Shown here: positions 1 to 7,872 of the stretch, in pieces
Layout of the letters: each line of letters opens with the position of its first letter
Numbering within the stretch: the stretch's first letter is position 1
DNA from: an uncultured bacterium
GTDB lineage: Bacteria; Zixibacteria; MSB-5A5; JAABVY01; JAHJOQ01
NCBI GenBank assembly: GCA_965369655.1
Contig: CBDUQR010000040.1
Coordinates: 1 to 22,734 of the forward strand
Direction of reading: 5' to 3'
Length of the DNA stretch: 22,734 nucleotides
Made by a program: the position numbers and the translations under genes
The notes under the pieces: model-generated
Seen by the model: the letters and a program-made list of their open reading frames with translations, nothing else
Databases searched by the model: none
What the model was told of the DNA's origin: nothing

Positions 1-53
1 AGCGACTGCAAACACTATCTTCTTAACATGTCCGTTATAGCGGGGGAAGATCA
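1..53 (-). mobile_element. Terminal inverted repeat of an IS3-family insertion sequence (element continues off the left edge)
   Basis: The minus strand from 53 reads TGATCTTCCCCCGCTATAACGGACA, closely resembling the IS3 end as I recall it (TGATCTTACCCAGCAATAGTGGACA) and starting with the family 5'-TG. It falls where the neighbouring ORF ends abruptly (..EDDLPPL*). Confidence 0.75.
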
Positions 54-1048
54 TCCTCTACCTTGTTTCTTGTTCCTACTAATTCAAGTCTTCTTAAAGC
101 GATTTCTACCTGTTGGTCAGTTTTGACTTTAGAGAGAGTGGTGTATGTATCGACAATTGATTGTGAGGATTTCTCATCAATTTCTATTCTTTTGCCCGAT
201 ACAACTTCTGGCATTATTCTCTCACTCATAAATGAATTGAATGGTGAATAATTATGTGTAATGAAAACTGAACTGGTTCTCACTGGATAGGGAGTTTGCA
301 ATCTAAGAGCGCTAATGAATCGAAGTACGCGTCCCATAATTGTTGGCGCTTCACGTTTGCGTGGTAGATCTTCTCTCTCATCGGGAGTTATATACTTTAC
401 AGTGCGAGGGTACTTAAAGGTCAGCTTTGACATGAATTGACGCATTGGATAGGGTCGGTCATATCCAAAAAGGGCATCAAAATACGTCCTGCTGTTCAGT
501 AGTTTGATATAGTTTTCCGAGCTTATATTTTCTGCCACCATATCCTTATCAATGTGGTTTTCGGAGTCAGTAAAGCTAAGATAATCGAAATATATCTCAC
601 CGGTATCAAAACTTTCTTTGCTTAAATAGTAGTCAAATGTCTTGGTGCACAATTCCTTAACTTCTTGAAGTTCCACTTCTTCAAGATTCTCACGCAGTAG
701 TTGTTCAATAATACTCGAAAAGAAATCGAACTTTGTAAACAGAAATTGCGCACCAGGAATCTGAATATAGCATTCTGTTTTTCCTTTTATCTGATCGTCT
801 GCTTCAATTACCTCTGTTATTGCTATATATTCATCAATGCTTTGAATGTCTTCTTGGATGAGTCGGAGCATCAAATGAAAATCTGGAACAGTCTTCCTCT
901 CTATACTGATCTGCCTACTTCCATCAAGCGTGTAGTGATTGATTTCTTTTGGAACAACGCCTGATTCGCCTTTACTCCTGAGAATTGCATTCACTGCGGA
1001 GTACAATTGGACAAGAGCTTCAAAGAATTCTGTTTTGTTCAATGTCAT
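35..1048 (-). pseudogene. AT-rich gene, probable Apea-like HEPN-domain protein, C-terminally truncated by the IS3-family end at 53
   Basis: 337-aa ORF that is clearly more AT-rich than the rest of the window. The end VEIALRRLELVGTRNKVEDDL resembles the 'IALRRF..S..R...ED.L.D..I.LE' start of Apea-like HEPN domains. The last codons and the stop come from the IS end. Confidence 0.55.
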
Positions 1049-1160
1049 AGATAATGTGCACCACGTTCCAATAGCTTAGAGTAATCCCCAAACTCGATAG
1101 TTACTAGTTTTCTAAGCCCTTACGTTTTTGTCGAAACCATAAAGGTCTTGATCTACTTGA

Positions 1161-3140
1161 CTATTTCCTTTCCGCATTCACCCTCGTAAATGCCCAGAAT
1201 ATCAACATCAATATCGCAAAGGCTGCGAGTGAGAGCACTGCTCCGGCTGTGTCGCCGAAGATCGAGATCGATTCGTAGTGCTCTGAGAACTCTTTGTATT
1301 TATCCAACAAAGCGAACTTGGCTGCACCTGCGAATGCAAACGCTATCAGCACTCCAACCAGCGCATCGCCAGCGACAAGTCCCGATGCGAAGAGAATGCC
1401 CTTCTGTGCTCTCTTCTTGAAAATGTCCTTCGGCGATGTCTTCTTGACCAGCATCGAGAGAAGAGCGCCCGCCATGATCGGCGTCGACAGCGACAGCGGC
1501 AAGTAAAGTCCAATCGCAAATGGCAGGCTGCTGATGCCGAGCAACTCGACAGCAGCGGCTATAAAGCAGCCGCCTATGATAAACTCCCAGGGCAACTCTC
1601 CGCCCATGATTCCCTGCACGACTGTCGCCATGACATTAGCCTGTGGCGCGAGCAGGGGAGAGGGATGTTCCGCAGATTGTACGAATCCATAAGCGTCGGC
1701 GAGAAGGAAGACGACGAATCCCATCGTCAAGGCTGACGCCGTGAGTCCGATGAACTCCATCCACTGCTGCTTCTTTGGTGTCGCGCCGAGCAGCCATCCT
1801 GTCTTCAAGTCCTGCGCAATGTCGCCTGACATACAGACCGCAATGCAGACGATCGCTCCGATTGTCATTGCGACCACCATACCCTTCATGCCCGACACGC
1901 CGAACGACACGAGGATCAGGCATGTCACGAGCAGTGTGGCTATCGTCATTCCCGACACCGGCGACGACGATGATCCGACAATTCCGACGATTCTCGCGGC
2001 TACAACTACGAAGAAAAATCCGAACAGCACGATCAATACCACGCTGAGTAAGTGTATATCGAGTCCGGGCATCGCCCAGATTGCAAGGGTCACGAGGAAT
2101 GTCCCGGTGAGCACTTGCCACATCGGCATGTCGGTGTCGGTTCGTGTCGGCTTTTCGTTGGCTTCTCCGCGCTTCAGTATCTGTCTGAATCCTACGGCGA
2201 ACGAATGGCCAATGACAGGCATCGCCTTGACCAGACTCACGAATCCACCGAGCGCTACAGCGCCTACGCCGAAGTATTTGATGAAATAATTCCTGAGTTG
2301 AACTGATCCCATCTCGGAGACAGGTATCGGTATGTAGTCAGCCTGGAAATGCGCTCCGAGAAATTTGATCGCGGGCGCAAGGCCGATGTATCCGAGCACC
2401 GCACCTCCGAGCATCAGCGCGGCGATTCTCGGTCCGATGATATACCCTACTCCGAGCAACGCCGGTGTGGCGTCGATACCGAGTGTTGCACCGCTCAATG
2501 GTTTGCTCTTGAAGTCGAAGCCGGGAGCTTCGAGCCATCCTCTGACTCCGGACATTATGACTTTGTAGAATGCTCCGATCCCTATTCCGGCGAATACTGT
2601 CGTGGCTTTCGATCCGCCTTCGTCGCCTGCCAGGATGATCTCGGCACATGCTGTCCCTTCCGGGAATCTCAGCTTGTTATGCTCGCGGTGGACGAGATAT
2701 TTCCTGAGCGGAATCATCATGAAGATTCCGAGCGCACCACCGAGCAGGGACATCGCGACTATGTCGGCGCCTGTCAATGTGTAGATATCATCGAAACCGG
2801 GGATTGTCTCTGACCAGATCAAAAATGCGGGGATGGTGAATATCACTCCGGCAACCAGCGATTCTCCCGCCGATCCGATTGTCTGCACCATGTTGTTTTC
2901 GAGAACGCTGCCACGCTTGAGTATCGCCCTGAGAACAGCCATCGATATGACTGCTGCCGGGATGGATGCGGAAATAGTCATCCCGAGTTTCAGGCCGAGA
3001 TACGCGTTCGCCATCCCGAATACTATTGATATGATGATACCGAGGACTACTGAACTGACTGTAATCTCCGGGACCTGTTTGCTTGCCGGGACGAAGGGTT
3101 CGTAGAGGTCGCCTTCAGATTGCACTTTCCCGTTTGCCAC
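1161..3140 (-). CDS. OPT family oligopeptide transporter
   Basis: 659-aa polytopic membrane protein with OPT motifs ANAYLGLKLG, ENNMVQT, L.FPEGTACAE, QDLKTG..LGATP..QQ and APQA. GTG start with AGGAGG RBS. Confidence 0.95.
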   Translation of the reverse strand: MANGKVQSEGDLYEPFVPASKQVPEITVSSVVLGIIISIVFGMANAYLGLKLGMTISASIPAAVISMAVLRAILKRGSVLENNMVQTIGSAGESLVAGVIFTIPAFLIWSETIPGFDDIYTLTGADIVAMSLLGGALGIFMMIPLRKYLVHREHNKLRFPEGTACAEIILAGDEGGSKATTVFAGIGIGAFYKVIMSGVRGWLEAPGFDFKSKPLSGATLGIDATPALLGVGYIIGPRIAALMLGGAVLGYIGLAPAIKFLGAHFQADYIPIPVSEMGSVQLRNYFIKYFGVGAVALGGFVSLVKAMPVIGHSFAVGFRQILKRGEANEKPTRTDTDMPMWQVLTGTFLVTLAIWAMPGLDIHLLSVVLIVLFGFFFVVVAARIVGIVGSSSSPVSGMTIATLLVTCLILVSFGVSGMKGMVVAMTIGAIVCIAVCMSGDIAQDLKTGWLLGATPKKQQWMEFIGLTASALTMGFVVFLLADAYGFVQSAEHPSPLLAPQANVMATVVQGIMGGELPWEFIIGGCFIAAAVELLGISSLPFAIGLYLPLSLSTPIMAGALLSMLVKKTSPKDIFKKRAQKGILFASGLVAGDALVGVLIAFAFAGAAKFALLDKYKEFSEHYESISIFGDTAGAVLSLAAFAILMLIFWAFTRVNAERK

Positions 3141-3178
3141 GAATCCTCCTTATAGTGGATTGCTGATGTTAATTAATC

Positions 3179-3207
3179 AACTTAGCGACCGCGATTTTGC
3201 CAGTCAA
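3179..3207 (-). promoter_or_regulatory. Putative sigma70 promoter for the OPT gene
   Basis: TTGACT-N17-TAAGTT on the minus strand, about 40 nt upstream of the start codon. Confidence 0.4.
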
Positions 3208-3457
3208 GGGAAAAGTCCGAAGTCCCCCAGCGCAGAAACTGCGACGAGATCAGAACAGGGTGAAGCAGTGAGAGGTGTCACTCGAATGTCGTGTTGCAGT
3301 ATCGAGCAACCTCAGGAAAAAACGTTTACTTTTGGAACCCGACCGTATCGCAGGTTGTATGAAACTAATGGTTGCTCTGTGTGATGGATTTGTAAGAGTA
3401 GATTTGGAAGTGGCATGGGACTGATCCCTTTTCTCACAAGGAGGTGCAGAAAAGAAC

Positions 3458-3486
3458 TTGACATTGTTCTAACTCAATATTACTAT
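3458..3486 (+). promoter_or_regulatory. Sigma70-type promoter for the cohesin/FlgD-Ig gene
   Basis: TTGACA-N17-TACTAT, near consensus. Confidence 0.7.
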
Positions 3487-3634
3487 GAGTTAGAGAGAGT
3501 TGTTCGATCCCCCTTCTTTAAGAGTATCATTCGCATACCGGGCACGCCATTCGGTATTGCGAGTCACTGACAAACAGGAACAAACAATGGCTTGCATTGG
3601 AAGCAGAAACCTTAATTTCAGAGGAGGACGCCAA

Positions 3635-4480
3635 ATGAGACGTATCAGTGTTGTTGCCGTTCTGGCATGTTTTCTGATCGTCCCGGCGATAGTCGGTGGT
3701 GCCGACATGGGCAAGAGGGATGTATTCAGATTCGGCGAAGCCGAATGGATTTCGCAGAATGAGGTGATGGTCCCGATCTCGGTTCTTCATGACGAGAATC
3801 TTGTTGCTATGGATATCCCACTGGAATGGTCTGATGGTGTCACACTTACCAAGGTCGATTTCGAGGAGACTCGAGTTGACTACTTTGACGCCAAGATCGC
3901 GAACATCGACGAGGAAAACAACAAGGTGCTCATTGGCTTGATCTCGATGGTGTACGGCCCGAAGGATGCTCTGATTGCCGGTGACGGCAAGATCGCCGAG
4001 TTGACCTTCAGGATCGATGATGCCACTCTCGATCAGTTTGAGATCAACCCGTTTGAGACCACGAATCCGGGTCACAGCCTGTCGCTGGTGTATAACAATA
4101 CCGCTGGTGGCAAGCTTGTCGTCGATCATGCGAATCCGGAAGTGCAGGGTAACACGATTGCCCTGACCAAGAATCCGGGTGATGCCGCTGGTATTACTCC
4201 AACGACATACTCGCTTGGTCAGAACTACCCGAATCCGTTCAACCCGTCGACGACTATTGCTTATTCCCTCAAGAATCCGGGACACGTGAAGATTTCGGTC
4301 TACAACGTACTCGGCCAGAATGTCAGAACTCTTGTCAATGAGTTCAAGGATGCGAATGCCCACACCGCGGTGTGGAACGGTATGGATGACGCCGGAAATG
4401 TCGTTTCCAGTGGCGTCTATTTCTATCGCATTCAGACGGGAGATTACAGTGACATCAGGAAAATGGTCTTGATGAAGTAA
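3635..4480 (+). CDS. Secreted protein: signal peptide, cohesin-like beta-sandwich, C-terminal FlgD-Ig/T9SS type A sorting-like domain
   Basis: ATG 3635 follows a GAGGAGG RBS. Signal peptide MRRISVVAVLACFLIVPAIVGG. Cohesin-like segment (VPISV..DIPLEW..G.IAELTF). C-terminus QNYPNPFNPSTTI.Y..YNVLGQ.V..WNG.D..G..V.SGVYFYRI..RKMVLMK. Confidence 0.85.
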   Translation: MRRISVVAVLACFLIVPAIVGGADMGKRDVFRFGEAEWISQNEVMVPISVLHDENLVAMDIPLEWSDGVTLTKVDFEETRVDYFDAKIANIDEENNKVLIGLISMVYGPKDALIAGDGKIAELTFRIDDATLDQFEINPFETTNPGHSLSLVYNNTAGGKLVVDHANPEVQGNTIALTKNPGDAAGITPTTYSLGQNYPNPFNPSTTIAYSLKNPGHVKISVYNVLGQNVRTLVNEFKDANAHTAVWNGMDDAGNVVSSGVYFYRIQTGDYSDIRKMVLMK

Positions 4481-4514
4481 TACCGGAGACGATCATTTTT
4501 TGGCAAGCAAGTCG

Positions 4515-4539
4515 AAGCGCCCCCTGATCGGGGCGCTTT
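4515..4539. terminator. Intrinsic terminator hairpin between convergent genes
   Basis: Stem AAGCGCCCC / GGGGCGCTT followed by T-rich bases, 35 nt after the 4480 stop. Confidence 0.75.
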
Positions 4540-4645
4540 GCTTATGCCTGAATGCCAGGCTCAGACTTATCCCGAACATGGCTCGCGGTCGTCATTAGTC
4601 GCGACGTAGGACACTCGACGATGTTATCAGGTAGTGCGGTTCAGA

Positions 4646-5188
4646 TCAACGAATCTTGTAGTAGGATCTTCGGCAGATGTCACAGAGCTTCTCACTTTTC
4701 TGGTCGATGTCAAACATATTATCCGAGAAGTACATCACGCAGCATGGGTTGCGGCACGGCTTGAGGCCGAGGACCTTTCCGAGGTATCTCGCACATTCCT
4801 TCAGCATCCGTTTACTAACCTGCCTTTCATCTTCGGGAAGGCCGTAGAATTCCTGTCGAATCCGGTTGTACGAGACGACGGCGCATTTCGCGAGGCGATC
4901 TGAGTCACCTACAATGTATGGGTTTCCGGCATTGTAGAGATCCTCTTCGAGTACGCCGAGGATGACTTCTCTCTGGCTGGCTTTCAACAGTTCGAGTTTC
5001 TGCAGGATTACAGTTGAGAAATACTGACTAGTAATTAGCTTGTAAGCTTCCTTCGGGAGTTTCATACCCTGCAGAATATCGGACGGCAGGGAGAACAACG
5101 CCGAGAGACTACCTGCAAGTTTGTTGAGTTGGAAGAAGTCGACTTCGCCAAGCGGAACTACGACGATTTTCGTGCGGTGTCGTCTCAT
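4646..5188 (-). CDS. Archaemetzincin (peptidase M54)-like protein with degenerate catalytic site
   Basis: ATG 5188 overlaps the upstream stop (ATGA). M54-like segments QY.S..IL, LGV.E.DLY, AVVS..R, R..KE and CxxxxCVM.FS...DID.KS..LCxxC. The HExGHxxGxxH motif reads RYLGKVLGLKP. Confidence 0.85.
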   Translation of the reverse strand: MRRHRTKIVVVPLGEVDFFQLNKLAGSLSALFSLPSDILQGMKLPKEAYKLITSQYFSTVILQKLELLKASQREVILGVLEEDLYNAGNPYIVGDSDRLAKCAVVSYNRIRQEFYGLPEDERQVSKRMLKECARYLGKVLGLKPCRNPCCVMYFSDNMFDIDQKSEKLCDICRRSYYKIR

Positions 5189-5388
5189 TTGGCAGTGAAA
5201 AACCTGTTTTCTGTTCCCGCGGGTCCGATCATCAGCTTGACTCTGCGACCGCATCTGGGGCAGTATCCGGAGTATCGATCGCCAAGTCTCGATTTGTAGA
5301 TTCTCGCGTAGACATTGCAGCACTTGAACAGAATGCCTACATACTTGCGACCCTGTGACAGCTTCTCTGTCTTGTCTTTACACTTCAA
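5185..5388 (-). CDS. Small conserved-looking Cys-rich (CC...CPRC) zinc-ribbon-like hypothetical protein
   Basis: GILFKCCNVYARIY...YSGYCPRCGRRV....GPAGT..RFF. Likely TTG start at 5388 with GGAGG at 5399-5403. The stop is coupled to the next ATG. Confidence 0.75.
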   Translation of the reverse strand: MKCKDKTEKLSQGRKYVGILFKCCNVYARIYKSRLGDRYSGYCPRCGRRVKLMIGPAGTENRFFTAK

Positions 5389-5459
5389 GCTTTTCTCGCC
5401 TCCCACCGAATCTGAATCGGATGCACGGTGACGACAGAGCGTCCCGTGTAACCAAACTG

Positions 5460-5488
5460 AATGTATCAACGGCGCGGTTGAATGTCAA
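5460..5488 (-). promoter_or_regulatory. Sigma70-type promoter for the Cys4-protein/pseudo-archaemetzincin operon
   Basis: TTGACA-N17-TACATT on the minus strand, in the gap downstream of deoC. Confidence 0.65.
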
Positions 5489-5547
5489 ACATTCAATAAC
5501 GATCGAGTGTGGAGAGTCGCTGATTGTTGCCGGATGTCCGACGTTAT

Positions 5548-6222
5548 CTAATTTTCCTCGATCGAGTCGAGATATTCATCGAGGATTGCTTTTCCGGATG
5601 ATGTGCCGATTCGTGACGCCCCGGCTTCGATCATCGCAAGCGTTGATTTGAGATCCCGAATACCTCCTGCGGCCTTGATGCCAACCTGAGTACCGATCGC
5701 ATCAAAGAGCATTTCGACATCCGAGATCGTGGCGCATCCGGCGGTGCCTGTTCCAGTCTTGACGAAGTTCGCTCCGTTGTCGGCTGCGATTTTCGCGCAG
5801 GTAAGTTTCTCGCTGTGCGTGAGAAGACTACACTCAAGAATAATTTTCAGCGTCGTGCAACCGGAGATCGCTCTTCTGACCGCATGGATTTCCTTCTCGA
5901 TGAGTTGCAGGTCTCCGGATTTCGCTGCGCCGATATTGATGACCATGTCGATCTCATGTGCGCCGTCGTTCTCTATGGTCTCTGCCTCAAACACCTTGAC
6001 CATTTCCGGAACAGCTCCGAGAGGGAATCCGACGACGCTTCCTGTCCTGACGGGAGACGCCTTCAGCAGTTCTGTCACTCTTCCGACATGCACCGGATTG
6101 ACGAAGACCGCATGGAAGCGACAGTCCAATGATGTTTTACAGAGATGCTCGATATTCTCGTGCGTGGCATCAGCTCTGAGACAGGATTGGTCAATGAAGG
6201 CCGCTATGTCGATTCGTTTCAT
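5548..6222 (-). CDS. deoC: Deoxyribose-phosphate aldolase
   Basis: Motifs VVGFPLG, EIDMVINIG, LKIILE, FVKTGTG (Schiff-base Lys), GIKAAGGIR and GASRIGTSSG. The ATG overlaps the upstream TGA (TGATG). Confidence 0.95.
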   Translation of the reverse strand: MKRIDIAAFIDQSCLRADATHENIEHLCKTSLDCRFHAVFVNPVHVGRVTELLKASPVRTGSVVGFPLGAVPEMVKVFEAETIENDGAHEIDMVINIGAAKSGDLQLIEKEIHAVRRAISGCTTLKIILECSLLTHSEKLTCAKIAADNGANFVKTGTGTAGCATISDVEMLFDAIGTQVGIKAAGGIRDLKSTLAMIEAGASRIGTSSGKAILDEYLDSIEEN

Positions 6223-6974
6223 CAATTTTCATCTGTGAGGTTTTGGCGCTCGGCCTTGAGGATATCTTCGATCATCTTGCGATTGGTAGGATTTTTGAAC
6301 GATGTGCCGAGGAAGCTGTCGATCAGTTGCCGACCTTTGAGTAAAGATGTCTGCTGCGTAGAGATGACCAGGCAATTCGCTGCTGCGCGTTCACGCGCTG
6401 CCTTGACAGCGTCCACCGATTCGGCAAAGATCGCCCGGATCCCGGCATACTTATTTAAAAGCACGCTCAACTCTGCTCCGGTCTCGGATATCGCGATCGC
6501 TGCCGTACTGTCGTCCCTTCTTATATGACGTACGAGCTCGCTCAGGTCATCATCGGCAGTGATCTCGTCGACTTTCACATCGTCCGGCAATGAATCGGCA
6601 AGGCTGCTCGCCATCTCTCTGGAATACCGATCACTCCAGAGGCAGACTCGTGTGAATCTTTCCTTCAGATTCTCACTTGGCGGCACGGATGAGTCGCTGT
6701 CGATGTTTACTTTGACGCCGAGTTGGTTGATCGCGTCCTTTGCCGAGGGCGTCAGTATATGATGGTATGGAATCTGAAGGTCTTTTCCGAGCCTGTTACA
6801 ATCCTCGACCATCTCCTGGGTGACCAGAAAAGCTTTCGGGATTTGTCGATTGCGCGGCCTGGTTTCTTCGGGGCGAGGCTCGGGTTTCGATTCTGAAGAG
6901 GAATATTCTCTGTCGATTACCTGCCGGACCATGTCGGCGATTTCTTCGATCGATATGTCACGTTTGTCGGGCAT
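6222..6974 (-). CDS. RpiB/LacA/LacB-fold protein with a degenerate active site and N-terminal extension (start could extend to 7000 or 7028)
   Basis: The C-terminal half matches the RpiB pattern (SD.., G...S...NK..GIRA, A.AARE...AN.L, FL.T.F). The N-terminus has an amphipathic helix and an 'LVT..MV...I....ILTPSAKD....GV' module. Confidence 0.75.
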   Translation of the reverse strand: MPDKRDISIEEIADMVRQVIDREYSSSESKPEPRPEETRPRNRQIPKAFLVTQEMVEDCNRLGKDLQIPYHHILTPSAKDAINQLGVKVNIDSDSSVPPSENLKERFTRVCLWSDRYSREMASSLADSLPDDVKVDEITADDDLSELVRHIRRDDSTAAIAISETGAELSVLLNKYAGIRAIFAESVDAVKAARERAAANCLVISTQQTSLLKGRQLIDSFLGTSFKNPTNRKMIEDILKAERQNLTDEN

Positions 6975-7054
6975 CGGCTTCCCCAGTGTTTCTTGCAGCA
7001 TTATACCGGCATCTTGATCGATAGTCAAGATCGGTTAACGCAATAATGTTCAGA

Positions 7055-7789
7055 TTATTTTCTGCAGATCACGAAGAGCCGGGATGCGTTATCTATGGTC
7101 TCGTCGGAGTCGAAGGGTGAGAACGCTATCCGCTTGAAGCCTGCGCGGGCCAATGCCTGCTGTACGAATGCGACAGGAAATGCTCGTTCCACCAACAGTT
7201 CCTCGATGAATTCCGTCTTCTTGTGCAGGTTCCTGACGAATGCTTCAATCCTGATCGTACGGGTTTTCGTTCTCGAATTGTATCTGCCCCGCTGACTGAC
7301 GATGAACCGATTTCGCTCCATGCTGAAATACGGCTCCCAGTCCCTGAGACCACGCTCGGTGAGAATGTCGAAGATGTAGTAGCCTGTGTCGCTGGTATGG
7401 CGGCTCGCGCAGTTGAACGCGAGTTGAAGGTCACGACCGGATGAGAGATGATTCAGCGCATCATAGAAGCAGCCGGTGAGAGGAAATGTCTCTCCGAGAT
7501 CGAAATCGCACATGTCTGCGACATGGAACGCGGGGCGAAGGGCGAAGGACTTCGATTTTGCGACATTTATCATCTGCTCGCATTTGTCGATACCGATGAC
7601 AGAAATACCGCGTTCGGTCATGAGCGATGCAAGCATGCCGGTCCCGCATGCTATGTCGAGAAACGATGACGGCTGTTTATCGAGAAGGTTCAGAAACCGG
7701 CTGACATGCGGCCACAGCCTCGATGTGAAGTCGGCCCACCCGAGGATATCATAGTGTGGCGCGAGCTGTGAATATGCTGTCATCGTCAT
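7055..7789 (-). CDS. Class I SAM-dependent methyltransferase
   Basis: Y..LA..YD, motif I LDIACGTG, GID...MI..A, DM.DF and C..D.LNHL. Confidence 0.9.
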   Translation of the reverse strand: MTMTAYSQLAPHYDILGWADFTSRLWPHVSRFLNLLDKQPSSFLDIACGTGMLASLMTERGISVIGIDKCEQMINVAKSKSFALRPAFHVADMCDFDLGETFPLTGCFYDALNHLSSGRDLQLAFNCASRHTSDTGYYIFDILTERGLRDWEPYFSMERNRFIVSQRGRYNSRTKTRTIRIEAFVRNLHKKTEFIEELLVERAFPVAFVQQALARAGFKRIAFSPFDSDETIDNASRLFVICRK

Positions 7790-7823
7790 ACCTTGATTGC
7801 GTTACGAGGATTCATCCAATAAA

Positions 7824-7847
7824 TATGGCGGGCAAGAGCCCGCCATA
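7824..7847 (-). terminator. Intrinsic terminator after the S41 protease gene
   Basis: Perfect 10-bp stem TATGGCGGGC-AAGA-GCCCGCCATA followed by TTTATT on the minus strand. Confidence 0.7.
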
Positions 7848-7872
7848 CCATTAAAATCATGTTGTCGGAATT

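Noticed and set aside
1049-1160. Integron attC site or tRNA/att integration site at the AT-rich boundary
   Set aside because: No convincing RYYYAAC..GTTRRRY palindrome or tRNA structure.
3411-3425. TGGCATGGGACTGAT as a sigma54 promoter
   Set aside because: No -12 TTGC at the required spacing, and a good sigma70 promoter lies just downstream.
3500-3634. Upstream extensions of ORF-track calls (3500, 5323, 5469, 12334, 13176, 13119)
   Set aside because: RBS positions, stop/start overlaps, promoters and domain boundaries favour the shorter starts reported.
3527-4363. 278-aa antisense ORF, and similar long shadow ORFs such as 14616-15632, 1741-2289 and 11444-12079
   Set aside because: They overlap well-supported genes and are explained by codon bias in GC-rich coding DNA.
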